A stretch of DNA of 64,000 nt from Eledone cirrhosa (Eukaryota). The notes beneath the pieces were generated by a model. That model worked only from the letters and a program-made list of their open reading frames with translations. It had not been told where the DNA came from and did no database searches. This document shows positions 26,859-40,439 of this stretch, piece after piece. Both the position numbers and the translations under genes were made by a program. The first letter of the stretch is position 1, and each line of letters opens with the position of its first letter. The stretch is from assembly GCA_964016885.1 (NCBI GenBank), contig OZ024743.1, positions 102,796,001-102,860,000 of the forward strand, written 5' to 3'.

Positions 26859-27265
26859 CATTTATACATGCATACATACATACACACACATACGCACGCA
26901 GAGATAAAATACACATCTACGAAACATGTTCTCATTTATTTCTAGAGACAACCACACACACATACCAACAAATTTCAAACCTCCTATGCATACACGTCAT
27001 TATCATACGCACTTACAGATACACATGCACATATAGAAACCGGCACATTCACATATCAACAAATACTTTCTCAAATACATATACAGGTACCAGGCATATA
27101 TGCATTCAAACACTTATCTATGTTCTTCTCCCCCCAAAAAACTATTTTCTATTAAGCAAGTCAAGATATTTAAAGTGGTTTGTACTTTTAAATATTTTGA
27201 TGTTAGACTGAAATTCTTTATTTGTGATAGACTTTCTTCAAGATCACCACTTCATGTTCATTCTA

Positions 27266-27311
<46 letters not shown>

Positions 27312-27355
27312 TGTTGATCGTTAGAAAGAATAGCCAAATCTCCCTCGGTGTTAGT

Positions 27356-28461
27356 AATCACATGATTGGATGATCAAACTCGTTTTGAAACACGAAAGCA
27401 TCAAAAGATCATATTCCATTACAAAAGATGCACAAAGATACAGTAATGGACTACAAATTTCAGAAGTCCCATTTACTGCTGAAATGGAAAACACAGAAAA
27501 AGCAAAGCATGTAAAAGTAACTGCAAAGAAAGAACTGCTACAGAAACTGGCTAAGAAATGGCAAGAAAAGCCTCTGTATGGAAAATACCCAGAGCGAGCT
27601 AACAATCCTGATGTTGACAAAACTTTAACCCATCAGTGGTTGGCATCCTCTGGACTGAAATCGGAGACTGAACGACTGATTATATCGGCACAAGATCAGT
27701 GTCTGCTAACAAAAAATTACCAAGCCAACATAATAAAAAATGGGTGCAGCCCATTATGCCGTGTATACAAAAAACAACCAGAGACCATTGACCATATAAT
27801 TTCAATGTGCAGTCCTATAGCTCCAACCGAATACCTAAACAGGCATGACAGAGCTGCACAATACATACATTGGATAATGTGTAAGCATTTTGACCTGCCC
27901 CATCAAAAGAATTGGTGGGAGCATCAACCACCTCCCATACTTGAAAAAGATCACATCTCAATCTTGTGGAACTTTAGCATCCAAACAGACCGAAAAATAG
28001 ATGCAAACAGACCTGATATAATATTGAAAGACTTTCAAAAGAGGGTATGCCTGCTAATTGATATGTCTGTTCCAATAGACAAGAATGTATCTATAAAAAC
28101 ATTTGAAAAATTGAGCAAGTTTTAGGACCTGGAGATAGAAATTGGAAAAATGTGGAAATTGAGAACTAAAACAATACCAGTTGTTGTAGGCGCTCTGGGA
28201 ATGATATCTAAGGGGTCTAATGATTACATATCGCAAATCACAGGAAACCCGCGTATAGGAGAAATACAAAAGATAGTACTAATGGGAACTGCCCATATAC
28301 TAAGGAAGATTCTGTCAATATAAGTACACAAGTCTAAACACTAAAGATGCATGTGTGAATATGTATGTTTTCTTGAACATGGCGGACCTTGTTGTCTCTT
28401 GAGGTTACTGGTTGTGACTTGGTGATAACTCGTATGAACATAAAGCAAGATAAATGCAACT

Positions 28462-28462
<1 letters not shown>
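27356..28462 (+). mobile_element. R4/Dong-like RLE LINE, 5'-truncated copy 1
   Basis: KPLYG, ETE…AQDQ, zinc knuckle (CRxY…ETIDHI…C), RHD, RPDI…LID, PVVVGALG; flanked by (TAA)n. Confidence 0.9.
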
Positions 28463-28506
<44 letters not shown>

Positions 28507-28507
<1 letters not shown>

Positions 28508-28830
28508 GTGCAAGAGAAGGAGAGGGAGAAAATTAACCGATACCAGGACTTAAGGTGGGAGGTAAAAAGGATTTGGAACTGCCATAAAGTCAAAGTGGTC
28601 CCGATTGTCATAGGCGTACTAGGTACTATCTCAAAAAGTTTCCAGGGATTGTTAAAGAAAATTGGCCCCGCCACGCTTTTTGGAACGCTTCAAAAGGCAT
28701 GCTTGCTGGGAACAGCAAGAACCCTCCGATACGTTATGAATATCTGAGGCTGCAGGTAGTGGCTTGATATTCATTTCAACAAACTTTCCAGTTAACTAAC
28801 ATCAATGACTGAGACTCAAAGAACAACAAT
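28507..28830 (+). mobile_element. Second R4/Dong-like family, 3' fragment (its 3' UTR is repeated at 35048-35100)
   Basis: EKINRYQDL…VVPIVIGVLG…LQKACLLGTARTLR; flanked by (TAA)n. Confidence 0.85.
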
Positions 28831-28842
28831 AATAATAATAAT

Positions 28843-31800
28843 GCTTTCTTTATTAACCACAAGGGTTTACATAGAGTAGACATTAAGGACAGTACAGAAC
28901 AATACAGGACGGTACAATTGGGCATTTCTGCGTGTAAAAAAACAGAGGATATAATTAAAAAACAACAATGAAAAATTCCCCAATAGAGGGGAGACTTCCG
29001 AGGGACATTTGTGGAGAAAGCCCATTAAAAGGCCACAGTGACCATGACAACCAGGGCAAGTGCCCTCTCCCAGTTTTCCACCTTTAATTTACAGACACAT
29101 ACTCAGAGTAGGCCCATTCACTCGGGCCATACTTGCTTCTCTCACCCATCTTTCAACAAAATGCTGGGAAGAGAGCACTTCCCTCTCTACCCTGATTTTC
29201 CTTTTCAAATGAAATTTGAAAAAGTTAATCAGGGCATCACCGAAGTGGTAAGTGCTCGTCTTCAGCCCTTTCAAACGTGACCACCATACTATCTCTTTCG
29301 CCATGGCCACCAGACAGATAAAAACTGCCTGCCCTTCCCGGCTAAAGGAAAAGGGCGGGGCAATCCTCACGATGGACTCGGCTGATAGCTGGATCCGTTC
29401 TACACGTGACAGGTGTTCGACATAAACCCACAAGTCAGCAATGCTCGGAGACTAGACGAGTGCGTGCAGGACGGTTTCGTCGCCCTGCGCGCATCTCGGA
29501 CATGCCCGGCGAACGGCACCTCCATGCCTGTAGAGTTTATCCCGAACTGGCAAAGCTCCTCGGTAGCACTGCCAGGCCAGGGATTTCTGGAAGTTGACCA
29601 TAGGCTCCGGCCCGAAAGTCCTTCCGAAGAGATTGGCTAGTTGATTTTCGTCGACGCCTAGAGTTTCTCCAAATGCGTCGTCGCTCTTCCCCTCCACTAA
29701 TCCTCTATAGAACGCCAAGGTGGAGTTTCCACCGATCACATTGCCCGATTGGTCGAGGGCTGTGAGCGCCTGAAGACATTCCAGTCTCCAAGCGCTCCCT
29801 CTCTGTCTTCGCTTGACCCAGGACTGCAGCTCCGTCAAGGAGACGAGCTGGGGAAAGACGTGTCTTGCAAACGGCGACCACACCTGATCACCGTAGCGGG
29901 TGTTGACAGCCCTCCACGTAGCGGGTGTTGACAGAAGATGGACCGCCTAACCATCGGAGCGCGTCCCTTCCACATAAAGCGAAAGAGCAAACGCTGCAGC
30001 GCAGTCTGGTGGGGCTTAGAACAAGGTACGACGGTCAGGCGGTAGTTGATGACGGACGCGATGTACGCGTTAGCCACCTCCGCTCGAACTTTTAGGGATA
30101 GCTTCCTCTCCGCCCATTTCTGGGTGAGAGAAGCCACCCTGCTCGTCACCTCGTCCCAGTTTTTGTCCGTCTGGAGGTCCGGACCGAACCAGACCCCTAG
30201 CAATTTAACCGGTCCGTCTGTCCAGCGCCCGACGACGCTATTGGACGGCATGGACCTGCCTCTCCAGGTGCCGAGCTGAAGGCCGACTGACTTTTCGTGG
30301 TTGATCATTGCTCCTGTCACCACTTCGTATTCTCTTAGTGTAGTGCCGATCGCCTCGATGTGTTTGGCGTTCGACACCACTACGGTGACATCGTCCGGAT
30401 ATGCTGACACGGATCTTCCGCATCCTAGTTCGCGCGGGACACACGTCAACGTCTCCAGTTTGTGCAGTAATGAATCGAGAGTCAATACGTACAAGAGGGA
30501 CGAGAGGGAACATCCTTGGCGGACCGAGCGCATGATGTTGAACGGTTCCGAAAGGTGACCGTTCACTCTCACCACAGAGCAGATGTCGCTGTGCATGGCA
30601 GCGATCCAGCCTCTGAAGACGGGCCCAAAGCCAGCCGCCCTCAGGACTGCCGCTAGGTAACGATGGTCGACCCTATCGAAAGCTTTCGACTGATCTAAAT
30701 TGATCAAGGACCCACTCGTGCCATTTTCCCTAGCTACCCTCTCTACTATGTAACGCATGAGGTGGAGGTTGTCGTGGATGGATCTGTCGGGAATGGCGCA
30801 CGTCTGCGCCTGTCCCTCCAAACCACCAGCGACAAGCGCCAACCTCTTTGCTAGCACCTTGGCCAAAATCTTGAACTCTGTGTTTAGCAGAGTTATGGGC
30901 CTGAAATTATCTATGTTATCCTCCTTGTTCGGATGCTTTCTCAGCAGCTCCACAGCTCCTCGGCTCACAGAGTGGGAATTCTCCCGTTCTGTTGCCAGTT
31001 GCAGTAGACGTCCGCCAAGAGGCCTCCGAACATGTCTGGCATCTGTACGTAAAGTTCATAGGGCAGAACATCCAAACCAGGCGATTTACCCCTTGTGCAG
31101 CCAGTCATTGCCTCCCGTACTTCAGCGGCTGTTATCGGCTTTTCGCAACACTCCGCCTCAGTGGATGAGAGCCGCGGCAGTTCGTCGAGGTAGACACTAA
31201 AGTCCATCCCTCGATTCGGCCCGTCGCTGCCCCCGGACAGCTGGGCGAAGTGTCGCTGGAAAGCTTCACACATTTGCCCGGGATCGAGTAGCATGCGCCC
31301 GTCGTGGTCCACCAAAGACCGGATCGTGTCTTTATTGCCCCGACGCGCCTCCGCCACTCGGGCCCATTGAACGGCTTTCGTCCCATCGTGTCTGAGAGCA
31401 CGCACCCTAGCTCTGACAACGCAGCCTTCGTGCTTTGCATTGAAGAATTGGTCAAGGGCCAATTTCGCCGCAAGTACGTCGGTCGCGATGCCTTTGCTAA
31501 GCGCCTCGTCTAATTTTCTAACTAATTCTCCCTCTGCTCTATTTTTCTCTATTGCTAAAGCCTTACTAAATCTAATGGACTCTATTCTTATCGCTCTTTT
31601 CAGAGCAAACCAACACTTGTTGTTGACGATGGCCCTCGTCAACTCCCGCTTAACTAGTTCGCTAATTGGTTTCTGTAGGCCTTGCGCGCTGGTAAGGACG
31701 CGTTTAGCTTCCAGTAGCCGGGTCCTCGTCTATGAAGCCTATCTAAGTCAAGCACACAGATCACGAATTTGTGGTGCGTGTAGCTGACTATCTTGAATTG

Positions 31801-34606
31801 TGGACAGCCTATGCTAGACCTATCTATTTCCCTACAAAATACTCTATCTAGATATCATCTGGATGACCCTATGCGATTTGTCCAAGTCCACATTGGCACA
31901 TTCGGGAAATCCAATCGGTACCTGTGAGACAGTTCAAAACGCCTGAGCAGGTTGATAAGGCTCTTTCACCCTTCTCCTCAATCCGCTAATCCCACACAGT
32001 CCCAGCGTGCGTCGCCCACTAACACTAAAGAGCGGGACGTTCTAAGTAAGATCTCCAGACGCCGGAAGAAATCAGGCCGCCCTGCTCCTGTCGGGGCATA
32101 GACGGCCACTAGCCTGAAAGCTTGACCGTCTCCGCTGGTCACGTCCAGCACCACCAACTTACCTTCTGGGTCCAGGAAGATGATCCGTATGGCGAGATCC
32201 AAACCTCTCCGAAAAAGCACAGCAACTCCTCCCCCCGATCCAGGACGGCTGGGAGATGCGTACACTTCGTAGCCGCCGAAGATCGGTGCGAAGGCCCGTG
32301 CTTTGGAGATTCTCGTCTCGCTGATGGCCACTACATCTATGTTTAGTGACCTGAGATCGTTGAGCAGGTGGCCCTGCTTCCATGACGACCCCAAGCCACG
32401 CGCATTTATGCTCCCTATTCTGAGTGAGGTCATGTTGCAATGGAGTGGAAAAGATGGGAAAGACCACTTACCTTACTTCTCGTAGAGGAAGGATGGTTTC
32501 TCCATCCTTTCCACTGCTTGTGGCCTCCTCCGGAAGGATGTCCTTATAAATCCTCCTGGAGAGTGCTTGTCGGAAGTCTCCGATGTCTTTGGGGAATGTT
32601 TGTTTTAGTGTCGTGTACGTTTTCTGTGTGATGCGAGTGATTTGTATGTGTGGAGGTTGTGTGAACATTTGGGTTGTTGTGTAGTTTTTTTCTGTGATGC
32701 TGGTAGTGTGTTGCATGTAGTGTAATAATTGGTTGTTGTTCAAATTTAATGCTGTGTAGTGTATATCGTTTTGGTTGTTTTGTTTTGTTTGCGTTTGTTG
32801 TGGGTTTGTTTCTGTTTCGCTTTTTGGTGACTTTTGTGGTGTCGGTGATGGTGGTGTTGGGGTTAATGATTGTGATGGTGTTGGTGTTTGTGGTGATGGG
32901 GTTGGTGATTCTAGTGTGGATGGTGGAATATCTGTCCTAACTTTTTTGTTTGATAGTTTATTTGTTTCCCTCTGTATATTGTTTTTGGAGGGTGAGGGAA
33001 GAGAATTTTTTGGGGGGGGTTTCTTTTTTCTTTTTTCCTGATACCGTTTCCCACTCCTCGTCGTCACAATCTGTCTCCAGTTGTGATAGGCCGGGGAGTG
33101 GAAAATCCTCCACAGGCGTTGGTTTTGGTTGTGGCGTGGTGGATGGTGTAGGCGCTGGTGCTAGTTCTGGCGCGTTGGGTGGTGGTGGTGGTTTTGCTAC
33201 TGTTGCTGAGGTTGTTGCTGTTACAGTTGCTTCTGTTGTTGCTGCTACAGTTGTTTCTGCCATCTCTGCTGCTGGTGGTGTTGATGGTTAAGTCACTGGG
33301 GTGGGTAAGAGAGGTGGCCTCAACCTTTTAACCTGATGGCAGAAAGCCCTTAGGTGGGTTCCTTCACCACAAACGACACACCTAGGCCTTCTGTCCTCGA
33401 CGATTACGGTGAGGTGGCTGCCGTCAGTGAGGTCTATTACCTCTGGGATCTTCTCAATGCATTTTTGGCCCGCTTGGCTCAGGAGCTCCATCCCAGATCC
33501 GGACCAGTTCTCCTGCTTTTCTTTCGCTATTTCGATTATCTTGGTTTTGGCTTCGATGCCGGCGAGGACGGCAGCTATTAGCCAGGGAATTTCGATGGCC
33601 GGTGGAACGTGGGTCACCCTGATCTTTACGAGTCTCTGGCCACAATAGCTTGAGACGAGTGTGAAGTCTTCACTTCTTAATGGGGCCATGGAGTGTCCCC
33701 TAGGCTCCTGTGGTGTTTCAAAGAACACGTCCACGGTTCCATATTTCTGCCCACGTCTGATGTGGGGTTTTTTTCCCACACATGTCCCAAAGCTTTTTGG
33801 ATTTGGGACTCGGATGCCCATTCCACTCGGCGCGATTTTATGTTAATTGTTCGATAAGACACGGTGCATAGGCGCCGATGCTCCATTTTATTAGGTGTGG
33901 AGAGGGTGGGGTGAGGCTGACCCTGTACCCATCTTTCTTTACCATTTTTTGGCTTCTTCTAATTCCTCCTGAGTTACCTGAAATGCTTCGCACTGTTTTG
34001 CTACTCTGGCAAAACTCAGGGTGGTTTTCTTAATTTAATTGTTGCTGTTGTTGTTATCGTTATCTTTGTTATTGTTAATTTTAGTTTCAGTTGTGGTGGT
34101 GGTGGCGTCAGTGGTGTTCGGTGTGGAAGAGTTCATTTTGGTTGAATTCATTTCGATATCATGAGTTAATTTATTTTTTCTTTTGTTTCTGTTGTCGCGG
34201 TGGTGGTGGTGGGGGTGGCGGCTTTAACACCTGCAGTCATTGGTAATGGCGGGAAATGAATGTCTGTCTGAGACAAATTTAAAATATTGCTACTGCTTAT
34301 ATTTTTAGTGTTGGCAAACGAAGTAATATTTACAATGGTGGTGTCGGTGTGAGGTGTTAGTTTGTGAGGAAGGAGTGACTCAGAGTTGTCCATGATTTTT
34401 CAAAGAAAACTTTGTGTTTGATAATTATAAAAGTTTAAATTTGGCGCTCAAGGCCCCAATCTTTTTGGGTGTCCTTTTCAGATAACAATGTATGTGCACT
34501 TATATACAGTTAACAATAAAAGTTTTCCATAAATGGCAATTTTAAACAACTGAAAATAACGAACCTTTGCGGAGCTCACGATGATACGATTTACTACGTA
34601 AGTCGC
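28843..34606 (-). mobile_element. Near-full-length L1/Tx1-like LINE, frameshifted
   Basis: ORF1 remnants about 34393-32468 with CCHC knuckle CVVCGEGTHLRAFC. ORF2 from 32433 has APE (SINARGL, ISET, VYAP), RT (FRPITLLN, DQSKAFDRV, VRQGCSLS, YPDD) and C-terminal CPRC…ETVLH. (ATT)n tail. Confidence 0.92.
29089..32433 (-). pseudogene. LINE ORF2 (APE endonuclease and reverse transcriptase), disrupted
   Basis: Split across ORFs 31978-32433, 30965-31642, 29835-30968, 29452-29883 and 29089-29433. Confidence 0.9.
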
Positions 34607-34607
34607 C

Positions 34608-34658
<51 letters not shown>

Positions 34659-34659
<1 letters not shown>

Positions 34660-34985
34660 TTTTTTAAGTCGTTTGGAAGCCTCGACAATGCAAATGGGTA
34701 AGTCTCCGGGTAACAAGGTCCGGTGGTGGAGAGAGAGATGTAAGTGGGTGTACGTTGAGATGCGTGGGTGTATAAGATGTGTGAGATGTGTAGAATGGAG
34801 GGAAGAGTATAAAGGATAAAAATAAAAATAACAACACAAGAGAGAGTTACCTTGGGAGAGATTTAATAGTCCCTATATATTTCGGATTCACATCCATCAA
34901 CTGGGGTTTTTTTCCGGGGTGGGGGAAAAGGTTGTCTGTCGGACAAGTCCGGAACGCGTCTTTCGCTGTTTGTTGTTTTGAACAT
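34659..34985 (-). mobile_element. Possible PLE pLTR fragment with a variant HHR-like motif (34871-34906)
   Basis: ccc CAGTTGA t ggat gtga atcc GAAA tata TA ggg. Confidence 0.4.
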
Positions 34986-34991
34986 AATATA

Positions 34992-35047
<56 letters not shown>

Positions 35048-35097
35048 TTCAATAAACTTTCCAGTTAAATAACATCAATGACTGAGACTCGAAGAAC

Positions 35098-35129
<32 letters not shown>

Positions 35130-35145
35130 TAATAATAATAATAAC

Positions 35146-36798
35146 ATTGCAAAAAATGATGAACAATTGCAAGGGCTATTATCCACTGTGAAGCAGTTCA
35201 GTGATGACATTAAAATGGAGTTTGGACTGGATAAATGCGCCAAAGCAACGTTCACCAGAGGAAAGCTGCTGAAGAGTTCAGACATTAATCTTGATCGGGG
35301 GAACGTGATAAGAGAGCTTGATCAAGAAAAAACTTACAAATATCTAGGTGTTTGTGAAGGAGACGGAATCAAGCACTCGACAATGAGGGAAAGGATAAGG
35401 AAGGAATGTTACCGCAGAGTCAGAGCAATCTCAAGAACGGAATTGAATGCAAGGAATAGGATCGATGCCATAAACACGCTTGCCATACCAGTAGTAACCT
35501 ACAGTTAAAATGTCATCAATTGGTCAAGCACAGAGATCCGTAGGCTCGATACAAAAATCCGAAAATTCTTAACCATGCACAGAATGGATCACCCTAAGGC
35601 AGATACAGATAGAATATATCTCCCTAGGAAAGAAGGAGGACGTGGGTTAATCCAGTTAGACATTGCGTCGAAAACTGCAACAATTGGATTATCCACATAT
35701 CTAAGGGAATCACATGATTGAATGATCAAACTCGTTTTGAAACACGAAAGCACCAAAAGATCATATTCCATTACAAAAGATGCACAAAGATACAGTAATG
35801 GACTACAAATTTCAGAAGTCCCATTTACTGCTGAAATGGAAAACACAGAAAAAGCAAAGCAGGTAAAAGTAACTGCAAAGAAAAAACTGCTACAGAAACT
35901 GGCTAAGAAATGGCAAGAAAAGCCTCTGTATGGAAAATACCCAGAGCGAGCTAACAATCCTGATGTTGACAAAACTTTAACCCATCAGTGGTTGGCATCC
36001 TCTGGACTGAAATCGGAGACTGAACGACTGATTATATCGGCACAAGATCAGTGTCTGCCAACAAAAAATTACCAAGCCAACATAATAAAAAATGGGTGCA
36101 GCCCATTATGCCGTGTATGCAAAAAACAACCAGAGACCATTGACCATATAATTTCAATGTGCAGTCCTATAGCTCCAACCGAATACCTAAACAGGCATGA
36201 CAGAGCTGCACAATACATACATTGGATAATGTGTAAGCATTTTGACCTGCCCCATCAAAAGAATTGGTGGGAGAATCAACCACCTCCCATACTTAAAAAA
36301 GATCACATCTCAATCCTGTGGAACTTTAGCATCCAAACAGACCGAAAAATAGATGCAAATAGACCTGATATAATATTGAAGGACTGCTAATTGATATGTC
36401 TGTTCCCATAGACAAGAATGTATCTATAAAATCATTTGAAAAATTGAGCAAGTATAAGGACCTGGAGATAGAAATTTGAAAAATGTGGAAATTGAGAACT
36501 AAAACAATACCAGTGGTTGTAGGCGCTCTGGGAATGATACCTAAGGGGTCTAACGACTACTTATCACAAATCCCAGGAAACCCGCGTATAGGAGAAATAA
36601 AAAAGATAGTACTAATGGGAACTGCCCATATACTAAGGAAGATCCTGTCAATATAAGTACATCACAAGTCTAAACACTAAGGATGCATGTGTGAATATGT
36701 ATGTTCTTTCTTGAACATGGCGGACCTTGTTGTCTCTTGAGGTCACTGGTTGTGACTTGGTGATAACTCGTATGAACATAAAGCAAGATAAACGCAAA
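35146..36798 (+). mobile_element. R4/Dong-like LINE copy 2 (5'-truncated, with stops and a 19-bp deletion)
   Basis: FSDDIKMEFGLDKCA, YKYLG, HPK…RIYL…GGRGL, CRVC…H…C, RLE; (TAA)n flanks. Confidence 0.92.
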
Positions 36799-36817
36799 TA
36801 ATAATAATAATAATAAT

Positions 36818-39650
36818 TTTAACAAACTACGAAGTAGGTGACCATGTTAAATAAACTAAACTTAGAAAATTGAAAAGAAAATACAGTAAAAAATCAACAA
36901 GTGACATAGACATGCTGATAGAAATAATCAAGCAAAAAGTGTCGGCCAAAGCTGCTCGTATAAGGCGCTTTGAAAAACGCTCTAGATTACATAAGGACAA
37001 TAATATGTTCAAAAACAACCAAAGAAACTTCTACAGAAAAATTGGCAAGTCAGCAATAACTGCTAAATCAATACCACCCAAGGAAGAAGTGTAAGAATTC
37101 TGGGAAAAGATCTGGGCCGAAAAAAAAGTTCATAATATACATGGCCCATGGAGAGAGAGACAAATGAAAGACACAGCTCACCTTGAGGAACAAATATGGG
37201 AAAATATAACAGTTGAACAGTTGCGTTTGGCCCTTAGAAAACCCAGCAAATGGAAATCCCCAGGAAAAGACAACAAACCAAATTTTCGGATAAATGCCTT
37301 CACAGAGTCTCATGAGCTGTTAGCCCAACTTTACAATGAAATAGTTAACGAGCCAGAAAAGATACCATCATAGCTAGTTAACGGCCTTACATTCCTGCTT
37401 CCGAAGAATGATGAGACAAACAATCCCAAAAATTACAGACCGATAACTTGCTTGACCACAATGTATAGCATTTTCACATCAGTCCTAAATGAATATACAT
37501 ATGACCACCTGATAACAAATGATCCATTTCCCAATGAGCAGAAAGGGTGTAAACGAGGCTCATATGGCTGTAAGGATCAGCTTTTGGTTAACAAAATGAT
37601 ACTGGAAGATTGTCATAATAGACACAAAAATCTATCAATTGCTTGGATAGATTATAAAAAAGCATTCGATAGTTTGCCACACAGTTGGATTGAAAAATGT
37701 TTAGAGATGTTCAAAATATCCCCCGTTGTCAGGAGGTTCCTGTCATTCAGTATGAATACATGGAAACAACACTCCTTTTGAATAGTGATAAAAAATCACT
37801 GGAAGCTGGAGAGATTAATATTAATTATGGAATTTTTCAGGGTGACACTTTATCACCGCTTTTATTCTGCATCGCACTTATACCATTAAGTAAAATGCTC
37901 AATGGAACAAAACATGGATATAAAGTCTATGATAAAAACCATTAATCACTTGTTCTACATGGATGACCTGAAACTATTTGCAAAAAATGAACAATTGCAA
38001 GGACTATTATCCACTGTGGAGCAGTTCAGTGATGACATTAAGATGGAGTTTGGACTAGATAAATGCGCCAAAGCAACGTTCACCAGAGGAAAGCTGCTGA
38101 AAAGTTCAGACATTAATCTTGATCGGGGGAATGTTATAAGAGAACTTGATCAAGAGGAAACTTACAAATATCTAGGTGTTTGTGAAGGAGACGGAATCAA
38201 GCACTCGACAATGAGGGAAAGGATAAGGAAGGAATGTTACCGCAGAGTCAGAGCAATCTTAAGAACGGAATTGAATGCAAGGAATAGGATCGATGCCATA
38301 AACACGCTTGTCATATCTGTAGTAACCTACAGTTACAATGACATCAACTGGTCAAGCACAGAGATCCGTAGGCTCGATACAAAAATTAGAAAATTCTTAA
38401 CCATGCACAGAATGCATCACCCTAAGGCACATACAGATAGAATATATCTCTCTAGGAAAGAAGGAGGACGTGGGTTAATCCAGTTAGATATTGCGTTGAA
38501 AACTGCAACAATTGGATTATCTACATATCTAAAGGAATCATATGATTGGATGATCAAACTCGTTTTGAAACACGAAAGCATCAAAAGATGATACTCCATT
38601 ACAAAAGATGCACAAATATACAGTAATGGACTACAAATTTCAGAAGTCCTATTTACTGTTGAAATGGAAAACTCAGAAAAAGCAAAGCAGGTAAAAGTAA
38701 CTGCAAAGAAAGAACTGCTACAGAAACTGGCTAAGAAATGGCAAGAAAAGCCTCTGTATGGAAAATACCCAGAAAGAGCTTACAATCCTGATGTTGACAG
38801 AACTTTAACCCATCAGTGGTTGGCATCCTCTGGACTGAAATCGGAGACTGAACGACTGATTATATCGGCACAAGATCAGTGTCTGCCAACAAAAAATTAC
38901 CAAGCCAACATAATAAAAAGTGGATGCAACCCATTATGCCGTGTATGTAAAAAACAACCAGAGACCATTCATCATATAATTTCAATGTGCAGTCCTATAG
39001 CTCCAACCGAATACCTAAACAGGCATGACAGAGCTACACAATACATACATTGGATAATGTGTAAGCATTTTGACCTGCCCATTCAAAAGAATTGGTGGGA
39101 GCATCAACCACCTCCCATACTTGAAAAAGATCACATCTCAATCTTGTGGAACTTTAGCATCCAAACAGACCGAAAAATAGATGCAAATAGACCTGATATA
39201 ATACTGAAGGACTTTAAAAAGAGGGTATGTCTGTTAATTGATATGTCCGTTCCAATAGACAAGAATGTATTTATAAAAACATTTGAAAAATTGAGCAAAT
39301 TTTAGGACCTGGAGATAGAAATTGGAAAAATGTGGAAATTGAGAACTAAAACAATACCAGTGGTTGTAGGCGCTCTGGGAATGATACCTAAGGGGTCTAA
39401 TGATTACTTATCGTAAATCCCAGGAAACCCGCGTATAGGAGAAATACAAAAGATAGTACTAATGGGAACTGCCCATATACTAAGGAAGATTCTGTCAATA
39501 TAAGTACATCACAAGTCTAAACACCTAAAGATGCATGTGTGTGTATGTATGTTCTTTCTTGAACATGGCGGACCTTGTTGTCTCTTGAGGTCACTGGTTG
39601 TGACTTGGTGATAACTCGTATGAACATAAAGCAAGATAAATGCAACTGTA
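36818..39650 (+). mobile_element. R4/Dong-like LINE copy 3 (RT and RLE, disrupted)
   Basis: KSPGKD, NYRPITCL, EQKGC, WIDYKKAFDS, GIFQGDTLSPLLF, YMDD, zinc knuckle, RLE; (TAA)n flanks. Confidence 0.93.
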
Positions 39651-39689
39651 ATAATAATAATAGTAATGGTAATAATAATAATAATAATA

Positions 39690-40113
39690 ATAATAGCTTT
39701 CTTGTATAGGCACAAGGCCAGCCATTTTGGAGGTGGAGAAAGTCGATTAAATCGAACCCAGTGCGTGACTGGTACTATATTTTATCGATTCCATAGAGAT
39801 AAAACGGAAAGCTAACCTCGGCGAGATTTGAACTCCAAAGATAAAGGATCGTAACTATATGCAACGAAACATGTCCAACGCACTCACGATAGGACCAATC
39901 CGCCACGCTTAATAATGATTTCTACTATAGGTACAAGGCCATCAATTTTGGGGGAGGGGAAAGTCGATTAAATCGACCCCAGTTCTTACTGGTGCTTTAT
40001 TTTATCGACCCTGTCAGGATGAAAGGCAAAGTTAACCTCGGCGGGATTTGAAATCGGGACAGTAACTATGCCGCAAAGCATATTCTCTGACGCCCTACTG
40101 ATACTGCCAATCC
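39690..40113 (-). mobile_element. Two SINE-A copies
   Basis: Reverse complement of the consensus. Confidence 0.88.
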
Positions 40114-40439
40114 CAACAATAACAATGATTTATTTATTAACCATAAAGGGTTTACAATAAGGAAAACATTAAGAACAGCACAGACAAGATACCAAGTGTG
40201 TGTGTGTGTGTGTCTGTGTGTGTGTGTCTGTGTGTGTGTGTCTGTGTGTGTGTGTCTGTGTGTGTGTGTCTGTGTGTGTGTGTGCGTGTATGTATGTGTG
40301 TTGATATGTGTGGAGTTTGCCTGTAATCTTGTTTAATATAATAAGTGATGTAATAATATTTTTAACAATGAGTATTCCTCAATGATGATGAGGCGTCTGA
40401 AGGCTACTCGTGGAAAAACCCCCATAAGCGGCTGGAGTG

